A stretch of 64,000 bases of DNA from Puccinia triticina. Lineage: Eukaryota. Of this stretch, positions 12,524 through 25,155 are shown piece after piece. Under the pieces are notes generated by a model. It was given only the letters and a program-made list of their open reading frames with translations. It did not search any database and was not told the DNA's origin. Each line of letters begins with the position of its first letter. The first letter of the stretch is position 1. A program made the translations under genes and the position numbers. The stretch spans positions 8,432,001 to 8,496,000 of the forward strand of contig CP110439.1 of NCBI GenBank assembly GCA_026914245.1, in the 5' to 3' direction.

Positions 12524-14312
12524 TCGGCTGTCCAAAACGACTACCAATCGGTTTTGAGGGTGATTAAACTGCATTTCTCTGACTAATCTTTTTCTCATAA
12601 TGTGCTGACTACAATGCCTTGGATTTTGGTAGGTACACAATGGTGCATTGTATTTAGGAGTTGACGCATGGCAATCTCCAAACGGTTTCGATATTTTGGG
12701 TACCGTTGTCTACAGATTGGTGGAAGATGGGGCTAAGCTAGAGGCAATGCCTTTAGACTTTGTCCGCTTGTCTCAAAGCCACACTGGCGAGTACCTGGCA
12801 AACACTGTCCAATTGGTTGTCAAGAAGTTTGGAATTCAAGAAAAGGTTGGACAGATTATGATAGAGTTTCTTACTTGAAATGATGCTAATCTTTTTCATT
12901 TAGATATGTGGTGTTGTGAGCGATAATGCTAAAAATAATGAGGTAATGGTTAACAAACTCAAGAAGCTCAAGTGGTCTCGCTTCAAAGGGGATGCACAAT
13001 GGATCCGGTGTTTTGCTCACGTTTTAAACTTAATTGTCCAAGCGATCCTCCGCCCGTTTGGAACTCAAAAGAAGAAGAAAGGTGCAACCAATGGGCCGGG
13101 TTCAATTTCCGATCCATCTGAATCTGATGATGATGAGGGAACTGAGGGTCAAATTCGCACGTAAGTAACACTTCATTTCCTTGCTTGGAATTGATTTTGA
13201 TTGTTTTTTTTCTCTCTTCTATGCTAGGCTCCCGCGTGGGCAGAATTTTTCCTTGCCAGAATACTACTTAAGCGATGCCGACTCGCATTCTATTTCAGAT
13301 GACGATGAGGCTGAATCCCTCAGTGAGGCTGATATTGAACAGGCTAGCAATGAAGATGAAGACAATTGCTACACAACTGAAACCTGCAAACAGACCTTGG
13401 CGAAATTCCAAATGATCGCAAAGAAGTTGTGATTCTCGCCAAATTCCAAATCCGAGTTTATGGAGATCTGTCAGGAAAAAGGTTGCGCTACTCCTCACAA
13501 CATTGAAAGGGATGTGCGAACTTGGTGGAATTTGACCAGTGCACAACTCAACAGTATCATTAGGTGCAAAGAGGCCGTTTGTGAGTGGCAGCGTCATAAA
13601 CGCTATGGTGTCAACCGCGCGTATCACTTGGACAATGGTGACTTCAACTTGGCTCGGGATTTGGTCGAAGTCCTTAACGTTTTCTACGAGATAACCCTTC
13701 AACTTTTGGTTTCAGGATCAGCTCGCTTGTCAAACATAGTCCTATACATAGATCAAATCACCAAACATCTTTCAACGGTTACCAGCAATAAGAAATATCC
13801 ACCGGCACTGAGGAACGCCTGCCGATCTGGGTTGAAAATCACGAACAAATATTATAGCTTGACTGATACATCACCCCTTTACCGTATCGCGATTTGTATG
13901 TATGTTTCTCTTCTCAATGGTCAGTTTCTTACTTACTGACACCAAAGTTTTTCAGTGCTGCACCCGTCCTTTAGAGACGAGTACTTCAAGCTGGCCAACT
14001 GGGAGCCTGAGTGGATCACTGAAGCTATTCGTCTAGCTCGCGACATGTGGACATCTTTTTACAAGCCCAAACCGATTCCTCCTTCCTCTTTGGCAACATC
14101 ACAAAGGTCGACGCTGAGTGCCAAGGTAAGATGTATTTTTCTGATCTTTGATGATTAGCTTCATAAAACTGATTTGGTCAAATTTTCACAGCCCAAAACC
14201 GGTCTTCTTGCCGGACTGGGAGATGCCGCTGCTGCCCGAGGGGGAGAATCCTCATCCGATCCACTTGAAATTTGGTTATCTGGCGGTTTTATACTCAATG
14301 GCGCGGACCCGG

Positions 14313-15347
14313 TGTAAAGCTCAAAAGCGTTCCTGAGAACCTTTTGCTGAGTGCGGAAAGGGATGAATGAGGTTACCTCTGCCTTTCCTGGGTCACTAGA
14401 CACTAAAACAAGCCCCCCAATCTACGATTGGAAGGTTTATGTAGTGATAGTGGAGGTGTATCAAAAGATAGCCTACTTTGAGCAGGTGGCTTAAGGGTTA
14501 TGGTAATGTAGCTGATGTGTAAGTGTTGTAATGAGGTTGTAATTTGTATGTAAGGGTGTAAAACCACAATATAGAGTGGGGCTAATACTGTAGAGTGAGC
14601 AAGTATTGTACTGTTATGGGGTAAGCTGAGTGCAAGTAGTTTGCTGAGAGAAATTACAACTGGGGGGAGTAGAGCCTCCTTAAATAGAAAAGAGACATTT
14701 TAGCTCCAGGGGAACAAGAGAATGAGGGGTTTCAGCTGCCCTGAAAGCTACAATGAGGTATTTTGGCTGGTGGTTGACAGGTCACATGAGGTCATGATGT
14801 CATATGAGGGAATTTAGCTAGTGAGAAATAGGAGGTGAGATATTTTAGCTGGCCTGGCCTGTCAACTGATGTCATCTGCAAGCTGCATGAGGGGTTTTTG
14901 CTATCTTGACACCTGCATGATGTCATCTGTCAACTGTCAGACTGCATAAGCCTGCATCAAGTGTGCATAACACTGCATGACACTGCATGACATGTGCATA
15001 ACACAATGAAATGAGTGCAGCTGATGAGGTAAAGTATATGTAAAGGTTTAGACAAGCTGTCAGGGTGGTCCATGTAACGGATTACATGTCCTGGGTAAGT
15101 GTGGTTCATGTAACGGATTACATGACCTGAGTATGGTGTTTTGTGTGTATGTAACTGAATGATGGTGTCTTGAAGGGGTTGTATCTTCTGATCCAGAGGG
15201 GTGTAAGGTGTGTTGTCCATGGTGTCCTGTGTAGTATTGGCCGAAGAATCCCGTGGTGTCGCCATATTGGTTGATTTGAGAGTGTACATATGAGAAAAAA
15301 AGGATATTTTGAAATGGGCTAGATGGGTAACCATAAAGCATACCACA
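14313..15347 (-). mobile_element. Solo LTR (copy B, related to A) inside hAT
   Basis: Same termini as copy A (tgtaaagctcaaaag...taaagcataccaca) and a 4-bp TSD ccgg. It interrupts transposase ...GADP|VNPLQWW. Confidence 0.85.
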
Positions 15348-16656
15348 CCGGTCAATCCTCTGCAGTGGTGGATACAGCAGAAAGCTTCTGGGAACACCCA
15401 CGGTGGCCTAGTACATATGGCACTTGATGTCTTGAGCTGCCCAGGTGAGTTGACCGCCTTTCTTATCATAATCTTCACCTCATCTGAAATTTCTTCTGTA
15501 TGCTTTAGCAACGTCGGTGGACGTTGAGAGAGCGTTTAGCTTCGGACGTGATTATGTCTCATCAAAGAGGCACAGACTTACGCCTCAATCATTGACGCGT
15601 GGGATGACCGTGGCTTTCTATTCGAAGAACAATCTGATCAAGGAAGGTCTGTTACAAAGTTGGAAACAAGGAATCAAAGACAACAACCAGACAAAGCAAA
15701 AGGGGAAAAGAAAGACTATAGTTTTGGATGATGATGAACCTTAGCCATTGTCTTGATCACATAGTCATTTAATTAGTTATATTTGTTATAAATGTTTTTT
15801 TTATTTAATTTGAAGTTTTTTTTATTTAATTTGAAAGTCCTATGGGACTTGCAAGAGTGATTTGAAAAAAAAAAAAAAGGTCAGTACCCGTGGTACCCGC
15901 CAAAAAGACCGGCGGTACCCGCCCAGCGGTGGCAGGTGCAGTGCCGGGTGCCTATTTTTGGCAAAAATCAAGCGGGTACCGGCGGTGCAACCGGTACCTG
16001 GGTCCGTTTCATCATTCTCTATCCCTGAGCGTGATGATTAATAGGCCCCCTGCTTTTGCCGATCTTGACAAAATGATTGAAGGATTTGCTGATAGAAGAA
16101 TTCCAGAAATCACGTAAGACTGTTGATTCTGGAGACACTAGCTGTAGAATAAAATCCAAGGCTTCTAGTTGGTGCGGCAAGAGTGGTGTTTTGCAGCCGT
16201 GAATTGGTTGTTTTGAAGCAGGGTTTTGTCCATCATTGAGACGCAAAGAATGTGGTATTCCACCAAAATTTTCTGCACAGTAGCCCTTCACAATTGCTAC
16301 TGTCAGATTACAATCTTCAAAAATTTGCAGGATGTCGGCCAAGCAATCACATTGTGAGAATAGCATAATTAACTGTCAGAGTGGGAGAAGCAACAAGGGT
16401 GGAATCCATCATTACTATTGGGTACAATGTCTCAGTGCAGTGGGATAAAAATCAATACCTAAAGGCAGTTACAATTTAACTAGCTATCTTTATTTTATAG
16501 ACTTATAAAGAAATAGACTGATTTTGATGATCACAAACTCTTAAGGTAATGGACTTCTGTTTGAATAAAATGAAATCATTTGAGTTTTATTAGTTCTTGT
16601 TTGTAATTCCCTTTTGATGATAATATACGGATTTTTTTTTGTTTTACTTTTCTTAA

Positions 16657-18079
16657 CGGACCTACTTCGCGCAGCAGCGAAAAACTCTTCGCGCACAGAA
16701 TCAAACGTCCCCTGACGTCAAGCCCGCTGTGCGCGCAAGCCGAAAAATACTTCGCGCACAGCGACTTCCCCCGAAAGAAGGAGGGGATTTTTCTCAAAAA
16801 AAAATTGATTAATCAAAAGAGGGGGTCTTACTTGCCCCCTCCAAAAAATATTGGATTTTTTGAAGGTGTCCTTGTGATGCAAAAAAAAAAATCATAATAT
16901 TAATCCAAAAAAAAGGCACCCGCTACCCCGATAGCCCACCCCGGGGCCTTTGTACCTGCTCAAACTTAAGTGGTCGGGTACCCAGCCCCTCGAAAAGAAA
17001 GTTCGAGGGGCAGCAGCTCCGGGCCCGGCTATCCCCCAGCCGCGTGCCGATGGCCGGCACAGGCCATCGAGCGGAGTTGCACACTCCCCCGATGACCGGC
17101 CGGCCAGCACACATGGTGCATCTAGCACTATTTACCGGTCATCGAAGGGATTGTGTACTCCTCTCGATGGCCACTCTGTCCCGGTCATCGAGTTGAGTCC
17201 ATACTTCCCTCGATGACCGAGTCCATGCCGGTCATCGAGAGGAGTACATCCTTCCCTCGATGACCGGGTCCGTTCCGGTCATCGAGAGGAATGTTCACTC
17301 CTCTCGACGACCGGAGTAATCGGGTCACCGAGGGGAGTGTACTCCTCTCGATGGTCGGAACAGGGCGTCCATCGAGAGGAGTACATCCTTCCCTCGATGA
17401 CCGAGTCCATTCCGGTCATCGAGGGGAGTGTTCACTCGTCTCGCCAACCGGAGCAACCAGGTCACCAAGCTCCGGTCGTCGAGAGGAGTGAACATTCCTC
17501 TCGATGACCGGAACGGACCCGGTCATCGAGGGAAGTATGTACTCCACTCGATGACCGGGATAGATTGGCCATCGAGAGGAGTACATAATCCCCTCGATGA
17601 CCGGTAATTTGTGCCACATGCACGCATGTGCTGGCCGGTCATCGGGGGAGTGTGCAACTCCGCTCGATGGCCTGTGCCGGCCATCGGCACGGCGGCTGGG
17701 GGATAGCCCGGCCCGGAGCTGCTGCCCCTCGAACTTTCTTTTCGAGGGGCTGGGTACCCGACCACTTAAGTTTGAGCAGGTACAAAGGCCCCGGGGTGGG
17801 CTATCGGGGTAGCGGGTGCCTTTTTTGTGGATTAATATTATGATTTTTTTTTTTTGCATCACAAGGACACCTTCAAAAAATCCAATATTTTTTGGAGGGG
17901 GCAAGTAAGACCCCCTCTTTTGATCCATCGAAAAAAAATCCGGAAAAATCACCTCCTTCTTTTGGGGGAAGTCACTGTGCGCGAAGTAATTTTTGGCTTG
18001 CGCACACAGCGGGCTCGACGTTGGGGGACGGTCAATTCTGTGCGCGAAGAGTTTTCCGCTGCTGTGCGAAGTAGGTCTG
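16657..18079. mobile_element. Foldback (near-palindromic) non-autonomous DNA transposon
   Basis: Long inverted arms (cggacctacttcgcgc...gtgcgaagtaggtctg), 8-bp TSD tttcttaa, and a core of ctcgatgaccgg/ccggtcatcgag repeats. Confidence 0.88.
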
Positions 18080-18469
18080 TTTCTTAATGGTAATAATTGG
18101 TATTTTAACTTATCAAACAACCTAAGATGAAACTGGTTGATTGGATAATGCTGTTAATCAGTTTTTAGTTATTTTAACTCATTGCTCATCATAGTTTACT
18201 GCTCACTGGATGGTGAAATTATACAATCAATGTGGCTTCTTGATATTTGTTTTATTCAAGATTTGAAACTGATGCAAGTAGTGATGATTGAGATTGTTAA
18301 TGTTAGTGTTGCTAACATCCTCTTTCTCAACAAGAAACAGAAATCATTTACTCACCTTGAGTACAATGATTTCTGCTCTTTACCATCTATGCGTGTGATG
18401 TCACATGATCTAGAGCACTTCGCTTCTTTGCCAATTGGCTGTTCCAATGTGGAACCTGCCAAATCTGCA

Positions 18470-20518
18470 TGTGTGAAAAACTCATTTCAGCATTTATTTT
18501 CATCCCTGTGAGTATTTACACTTCGTACTACTCACCTGGGTGTATTCTTTTGGTAGAATAACTAGAATTCCAACAGTAACGACCTCAAAAGAGGCTGTTA
18601 CACTATGCGCAAGCCCTGGAAAGACCCCATTACAAATAACGTAACAGGGAGCTATAGTTAATAAGGATAGCTATGTTACCCAAAGTGTGTGGATAAAGCA
18701 ACATGATGTAACTACCCTTTGTGTCAGCTGGCTACTATGTCAGAGCCACCGTGACATAATATCACAGAAAAATAATAAAATTGTTACATATGTTAGAGAC
18801 ATTATTACTAATCTCCTACATATGTAACACTATAAAAAGTATAAATATTACCTATGAAAGAGACATTATTACGCACTCTTACATATGTAAATTGTAGAAT
18901 ATTACTTCAGATTCCTAATCTACGCCTAAAATAAACTAGGGTACCTCACTGCAACGTACCCTAAACTCTTACTCCTTCCCTGTGTAAATTACACATGAAA
19001 ATATACCCAGTTACCACGGATAAGGTAGCGCTCATGCTTATATGCTCATGTACATATGCTTGTAAGCGCCACAGACACCCAAAAAGGCCATGATCACGCC
19101 ATACTATGAAGATATGACACCTTCTGAGTCCCATGAGCGCCTAGAATGTTCCATTACATATGTAATGATGTAAATAAAACATTCTTGACGTACAAAGATA
19201 AGAAGTACCAACCAATTGGTACATGTGATGTCATTATGTAGACCAAAGCAGAAAAATTGGCCACACGTGACAGTCTGCATGTCCCAAACAGTAATTACTA
19301 TTATGTAACCTGTAAATTAGCCTGAAACAATTACCATGTGTTTCAGACTAATTATGATACAGGAGCATCATAAGTGGCCCAATCTAGAAGATAGGACACA
19401 CGTAACAACTCCTACTAGTTAGAAGTGTTTTAGACTAGTCCTGATACGGCCAAATATTACTTTTGCAGCCATTTGCACGCCCCAAAAAGGAATAGTCCTC
19501 CTGTAGCGTTGCCAAATTGGTCTAAAATCACGCCCACAAGTTGGCCAACCGCCAAATTGAGCCAGAATTACGCCCACAAGTTGGCCAGCAGCTATATGGC
19601 TCCCTGAGCGCTCCCTGAGGGCTTTCATGACCATTTAAAGGGCCCTCTGTGCGCTCCAAAGACCCTCCCTCATGCTATTACACCTACTCTGATCATTACC
19701 CGCTTCCAACACGTGCTCAACACCTATTCTCTGCCTGGTAAGATCCTTAGTTGCTGACTTTAGCTCAATTCCTTCGTCTGAATCTGCTCAGATTCTCCCC
19801 TGAAGAACCTCAAGACTTTAAGGGCTTAATTCTAGTAAGTTTAACCCCTTTCTCTTGAGATTCTCCGCTTCATTCTTGCTGGGATCTAAACCACCCCTGC
19901 TTGCAGGCCCCAGTACTAAAAGGTACCTAAATCTTCTGCTTTTGCACGATACCTTAGAGGGATCTAAACCACCCCTGCTTGCAGGCCCCTCTTATTTTAA
20001 TTATATTAATTTTATTAATATAATTAAACTACTATTTCTCTATTTTTTACGCCACACAACCTCTCCAAAGCCTTGTATATCATCCCCAGAGTCCTTAAAA
20101 CTCTAGTATTTCACTTTGCAGCTCGTGTAGCTAGAAGGATTATTGTCCTTGGCATCACGCAGGCTGACACTTTGTTTCCCACAACCACACACGTCACATG
20201 TCCACTCTGCTCTCACACAGATCTCTTTTCAACCTTGCTGCATGTCATTACTCACTGTTGGACTCCTCTCGCCATAGCTTCCCCGCCCCTGTCTAGCCTA
20301 CAATGCGGGTATCCCACTGTCAGCCTTGGAGTCAACACAGTTAACCTAAAACTGCCTTTTATCTCCATTTTATACCTAAATGTGTTTATATATTTTCAAA
20401 CTTGAGACTTAAGGTTGTTTTGACTTCATAATCTGATTTCTCATGCAATTTTGACCCTATTGTTCACTGATCACTTTCCAATATCTCTACTGCTTCATAG
20501 AGTTTGTGGTTTGTGACA
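18470..20518. mobile_element. Possible old LTR-like insertion
   Basis: CpG-depleted, non-coding, TG...CA bounded with tgca/cgca flanks, and a 31-bp direct repeat at 19881 and 19959. Boundaries are uncertain. Confidence 0.3.
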
Positions 20519-21726
20519 CGCATGCGCAGCGGTGCCTTGTAGTCGCGCCTGGGCGCTCCAAACCACATGTACATGTGTGATTATGTCATCCAACTTTGAA
20601 AATTTTCGAAGTCAGGATCCCCCATGCAGCAGGAGGATCTACAGACTTCAGACACCCAGAACCACACCCCCAGATAACCCAGGATCACCACCAAAGAGGA
20701 TACCACGCTCCCAGTACACCTACCTTTGCAGGCGCCTAGGATATTGACAGTAAGTATCACTCTTTCACTGAACCTTGGTTATCTCAGAGGTACAACTCTG
20801 TGTATCTTTGATTGCTCTCTTTCTTTGCTTTCTTTTGCCAATCTTTGATCACAGGTCTTCTTATATCTTGACCTCATAACCAAAGGATTCTGCTTCAATT
20901 CATCCTTCTTTTTCTGTGGTTTTTGTAAGAAAAAAATCACATACAGTTGCGCACGGCATTCCACTGTACAAGGTTTTGGGCCAGTCCCAAATGTTGGGGC
21001 CCAAAACCTGGAAAAAATACAGTTTTTTCATATATTTTTGGGCGGCTGGGACATGATATGGTGTCCCAGCTATGGTTTTAGACCCACCAGGCACTCCTGA
21101 AAGCACTGCATGACAGTTTCTGCCGTCATGTGTGGCTTTAGTGCCCAACCAGGAGGCATAAGTGTGGGTTTAGGACCCCATACATATGTACTTATGCCCG
21201 TATTTGGAGGTGGGTCCCAAAATATGGGCTGTGAACAAAAAAAAAATGGCTGGACCAAATTGGTTGCCACTTTAGATTTGGGATCCACGCACTCTGTAGA
21301 CTCCAAAAAGGTACTTTTTTAGAGTGCTGGACCCCCGACCCAGTTGGGGTTTTCCACCGCATAGCCAAACAAACTTTGCGGGCAGCTCTGTAAAGTAGAA
21401 TGCCGCGCGCAACTGTATATTTCCATTTAAAGAACCTGGAATATCCAGAGAGGAGTCTAAAAAATTGTGGCTGATTAGACTTGTCTAATTCAGAGGCCCT
21501 CCACATTTCTTTGGTGAGAGGAGGCTGTTGCACTCTCTAGCACATCTTGGAAGCACTCCATTAAGGAGGTAGCATTGCCAGTTGAAGTTAGTACCAACCA
21601 GAATATCATTAAAAATCTGTATATCTTGACTCTCTAATATTTTTAATTTCTTTATCCCAAGAAATTCAAATATTGCCCACCCATTTACTTTTTTCCTATA
21701 GTCACTTTAGAGACTCAGGCTCACAC

Positions 21727-22301
21727 CCACATGCTGCCTCCGCCCCAGCTACGCCCGCTGAATTAGCCCGCTTTGGCTGCCACAGCTTCCTGCGGTCACT
21801 GCCATGCCAGCCTGCTTAAGTCAAGTCCAGCTCCGCCGCCGCGCCGTGTACAATCACCCCACGCTCCGCCTTGAAGAACATCCTCTGCGCTGTGCCTCTC
21901 TGTGTCAGCCTTGCAGAACCGCAATCAGAAACTTCTGCAAGTTTGTGCAGTCAATTTGAGTCCCCAACCTGGATTTATCTCCCGCCCCCGGTGTGGTGAT
22001 TGTTTGGTGCGGGGCGCCAAAGTGTCTGATAAGGTTCGGGCGCGCGGCTGCGGCGGGGCATGAGGGCTCCGCAGGTGGTTGGGACGGCGCAGGATCTTCA
22101 AGCGGCGGAGGCGGAGCGCATAGGCTGGGCGCGGAGCGTGCGGTCAGAGACGGCGGAGCTGCGGTGTGTGGAGCGGAACGGACTTGCTGAGTCCAGGCAT
22201 TCCAGCGCGGACTATCTAGAACGACGCGGCGATTGGGGGAAGCCGTGGCAGCTGAAGCGGGTTACGTCAGCGGACGTAGCTGGGCGGAGGCGGCGTGTGG
22301 G
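21727..22301. mobile_element. GC-rich inverted-repeat element (MITE-like)
   Basis: cccacatgctgcctccgccccagctacg at the left is the reverse complement of cgtagctgggcggaggcggcgtgtggg at the right, with further inner arm similarity. No clear TSD. Confidence 0.6.
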
Positions 22302-22914
22302 ATCCCAACACCGGAGGCTAGACAGGGGTGTGGATGATGGATGATTGGAGGTTGGGCGGCTGTCTACGGCAAGCCGGCGAGCAGTGAAGGCGCAAATGAC
22401 AACGTGGGAGTGGAGGCATGTGGCATGTGTGGGATGGGAGGAGGATATCTATTTGTTATTTCCTTTTCTATTGGTTTATGACATGTGGCAGAGTTTTCTC
22501 ATGATTCATTTTTCTATGGTGGAGCAATGGTGAGTAGTCTATATGGGGGGGGGGAGGAGAAGGATCTTTCCCCATGGACCCTTTTGGGGGGATGGATTAT
22601 TATTATTATTAGGAGTGTGGATTCTTACTTTACTTTACTTTGCGGAGGAGTTTTTATTACGGCTATCTTTTTCTTTGCGGGACGTTGAGCGGAGTTGTTT
22701 GGAGTGTTACTTTACTGTTCGGATGGACGTTATTATTACAATTACTTTATGGTTACTTTACGTCTGCGGAGCTATCTTGATGCTTTCATTACGCAGAGTT
22801 CGGAGTCTCCCTTGACTACTCGGGATTATCTTGTGTAGAAGAAGGCTCCACCGGACATTTCGTCACAGTAGGACCCTTCTGACTACCACACCGGGGCATC
22901 CAAGGCCAGGACCC

Positions 22915-23530
22915 GGTAGATCCAGCTCATAGGTGGATTTCTCCCAGTAAGCTGGACAAATTCAGCTTGTTGGGAGGATTCCTCTTGGCAGACTGGATAC
23001 ACATGTATCCAGCTTGTCAATGGGACTCCTCTCCAGCTGGATGGAACTCCCTTGCCAAGTGGCAAGCTGGATCATATGTATCCAGCTTGCCGAGAGGACT
23101 GATCCCTTTCCAAGATGGATACAAGTATCTACCTTGCTGGAAGTGTTGCAGTGATCAAACTGGAACAGAAGAGTTTTGAGATGATGGGTGTGGAAGGAGT
23201 ATCATTGCATCAGACAAAAGAAAAGGATAAGAAACAAAAACAATCAAAATGCTCACCTGGAACAGCAGAGTGTCAAGATGATGGTTGTGGAAGGATGAGG
23301 AAAATCCCTTCCACGTCTGCTACTCCAGGTGAAGCTACAAGAATGGGATGTCACAATCTGTGATATGAACTAGACTGGTACAAAGCAGAGAAACTGAGAG
23401 ACAACAACAAATAACCTCAACAGGAAGAATTTATTCCAGTGATCTGGATACATGTGTATCCAGCTTGCAGAGGGGACTCCTCCCGGGGAGCTTTCCAGCT
23501 TGTCAAGAGGACTCCTCCCAGGGAGCTGGG
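22915..23530. repeat. Dispersed ggatac(a)catgtatccagcttg palindromic-motif repeats
   Basis: The motif recurs near 22995, 23069 and 23446 with ggactcctc spacers. Probably a transposon subterminal remnant. Confidence 0.55.
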
Positions 23531-23776
23531 ATGGTCCGGGGGGTATCAAATTGATGGTCCGGGGGGTATTGAATTTGGGTGGAGTTTAAGTTTGGCTGGT
23601 GGCAAAGGGAGGGACTTATTCCCAAAGCAAGAATTTGGGTGTCAGAGCACTACGGAAGCCCTGGGGGCCACAAATTGCACCAATGGTTTTGCACTTTGGT
23701 TTTTTGTTTTGGACATTGGGTTTCACAATTTTTATCCAAAGGTGTCATTTGGTCTTCCCAGCCTGGCATTTTTTTT

Positions 23777-24981
23777 CGGATGTACTTCGCGCACTGCAAA
23801 AAACTCGTCGCGCACTGCAGGGGGCGTCCACTCGACGTCCCGGCCACAGTGCGCGGTAGCTCAAAACGCTTCGCGCACTGCACATGAAAAGCTTGAAAAT
23901 CCCCTTTTTTTTTCTGCCAGCTGGCAGAGGGGATTTTTCTTGCCCCTCCTCCATTTTCTTGGGGTATTTGGACCCCTCAGCATGACGTAGAAAAAGGATG
24001 ATAAAGAAATACAAATACTAGGCAGAGCGCCTCCCCGGGGCGCACCCCCCGTGGATTTTCAACCTGCCAAAAGTCCATGGATCGGGTACACAGCCCCTCA
24101 AAAACAGAGTTTGAGGGGCAGAAGTACATACCCCATGACTTCGCCGTGCCAATGGCCGGCATCACTCTTGATGACCGGGCTCTTTACTTCCCCAGGTCAT
24201 TGAGAGAAGATTAAAGACTCCTCTTGATGACCGGGTCTGTTCCAGTCGTTGAGAGGAGGAGTGTTTCCTCCTCTCGATGACCGGAATGGACCCGTTCATT
24301 GAGAAGAGGGTTTAATTCTCTGAGTCTTGATAACTGGAACGGTTCCGGTCATTGAGAGGATCATTTGGCCCTCTTGATGACCAGAACGTTCCCGGTCATC
24401 AAGAGGACCATTTCGCCCTCTTGATGACCGGAACGTTCCCGGTCATCGAGATGACCATTTAGCCCTCTTGATGACCGGGACCGTTCCAGTCATCGAGAGG
24501 ACTGCTTAATCCACTCGATGACCGGTGATTTGCACTCCCCCTGGGTGCTGGCCGGTCATCGGGGGAGTTTGCATGTTGTACTCCGCTCCGGCCTGTGCCG
24601 GCCATCGGCACGGCGAAGTCATGGGGTATGTACTTCTGCCCCTCGAACTCTGTTTTTGAGGGGCTGTGTACCCGATCCATGGACTTTTGGCAGGTTGAAA
24701 ATCCACGGGGGGTGCGCCCCGGGGAGGCGCTCTGCCTAGTATTTGTATTTCTTTATCATCCTTTTTCTACGTCATGCTGAGGGGTCCAAATACCCCAAGA
24801 AAATGGAGGAGGGGCAAGAAAAATCCCCTCTGCCAGCTGGCAGAAAAAAAAAGGGGATTTTCAAGCTTTTTCATTTGCAGTGCGCGAAGCGTTTTGAGCT
24901 ACCGCGCACTGTGGCTGGGACGTCGAGTGGACGCCCCCTGCAGTGCGCGACAAGTTTTTTGGAGTGCGCAAAGTACATCCG
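23777..24981. mobile_element. Foldback non-autonomous DNA transposon, related to 16657-18079
   Basis: Inverted arms cggatgtacttcgcgcac...gtgcgcaaagtacatccg flanked by T8 on both sides (8-bp TSD), with the same gatgaccgg/ccggtcatc core. Confidence 0.87.
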
Positions 24982-25155
24982 TTTTTTTTAAGTGCTGATT
25001 TGATTTGACATTGCGTACTATGGGTACAAAAAAAAGGGCATTTTGTAGCCAGTAAAAACAAAACCATGTATGACAGAATACCTATGAAAATTGGGTGGGG
25101 TTGGATATTAATCTAGCGGACATAAAAAATTAAGAGGAAGGGAAAAAGATTAAGA

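Larger units (their letters stand above)
10402..16021 (+). mobile_element. hAT DNA transposon (degenerate transposase, two solo-LTR insertions)
   Basis: 8-bp TSD tccctgag (10394-10401, 16022-16029). Ends tagagaatg...cattctcta with gtacccg-rich subterminal repeats. Transposase motifs: GVDAWQS, SDNAKNN, RCFAHVLNL, DVRTWWN, LHPSFR, and the dimerisation region MALDVLSCP/VERAFS. In-frame stop at 13430. Confidence 0.93.
9230..16460 (-). pseudogene. SNF2-family (Rad5/16-like) helicase pseudogene split by a hAT insertion
   Basis: KTPLLPHQLEALDF lies at ~16200. Removing 10402-16021 plus one TSD restores HHAQGSILADNMGLGKT (motif I). TLLICS..LSNWE, IILVTYD and ILDEAQ (motif II) follow. Frameshifts are present and the outer limits are approximate. 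Confidence 0.8.

Noticed and set aside
11411..15347. LTRs A and B as the two ends of one retroelement that captured a hAT fragment
   Set aside because: Each has its own TSD, they diverge internally, and the hAT sequence is continuous across both.
17150..17600. CRISPR-like repeat-spacer array (also 24160-24530 and 36960-37270)
   Set aside because: Eukaryotic context, no cas genes, spacers resemble each other, and the arrays are cores of TIR elements.
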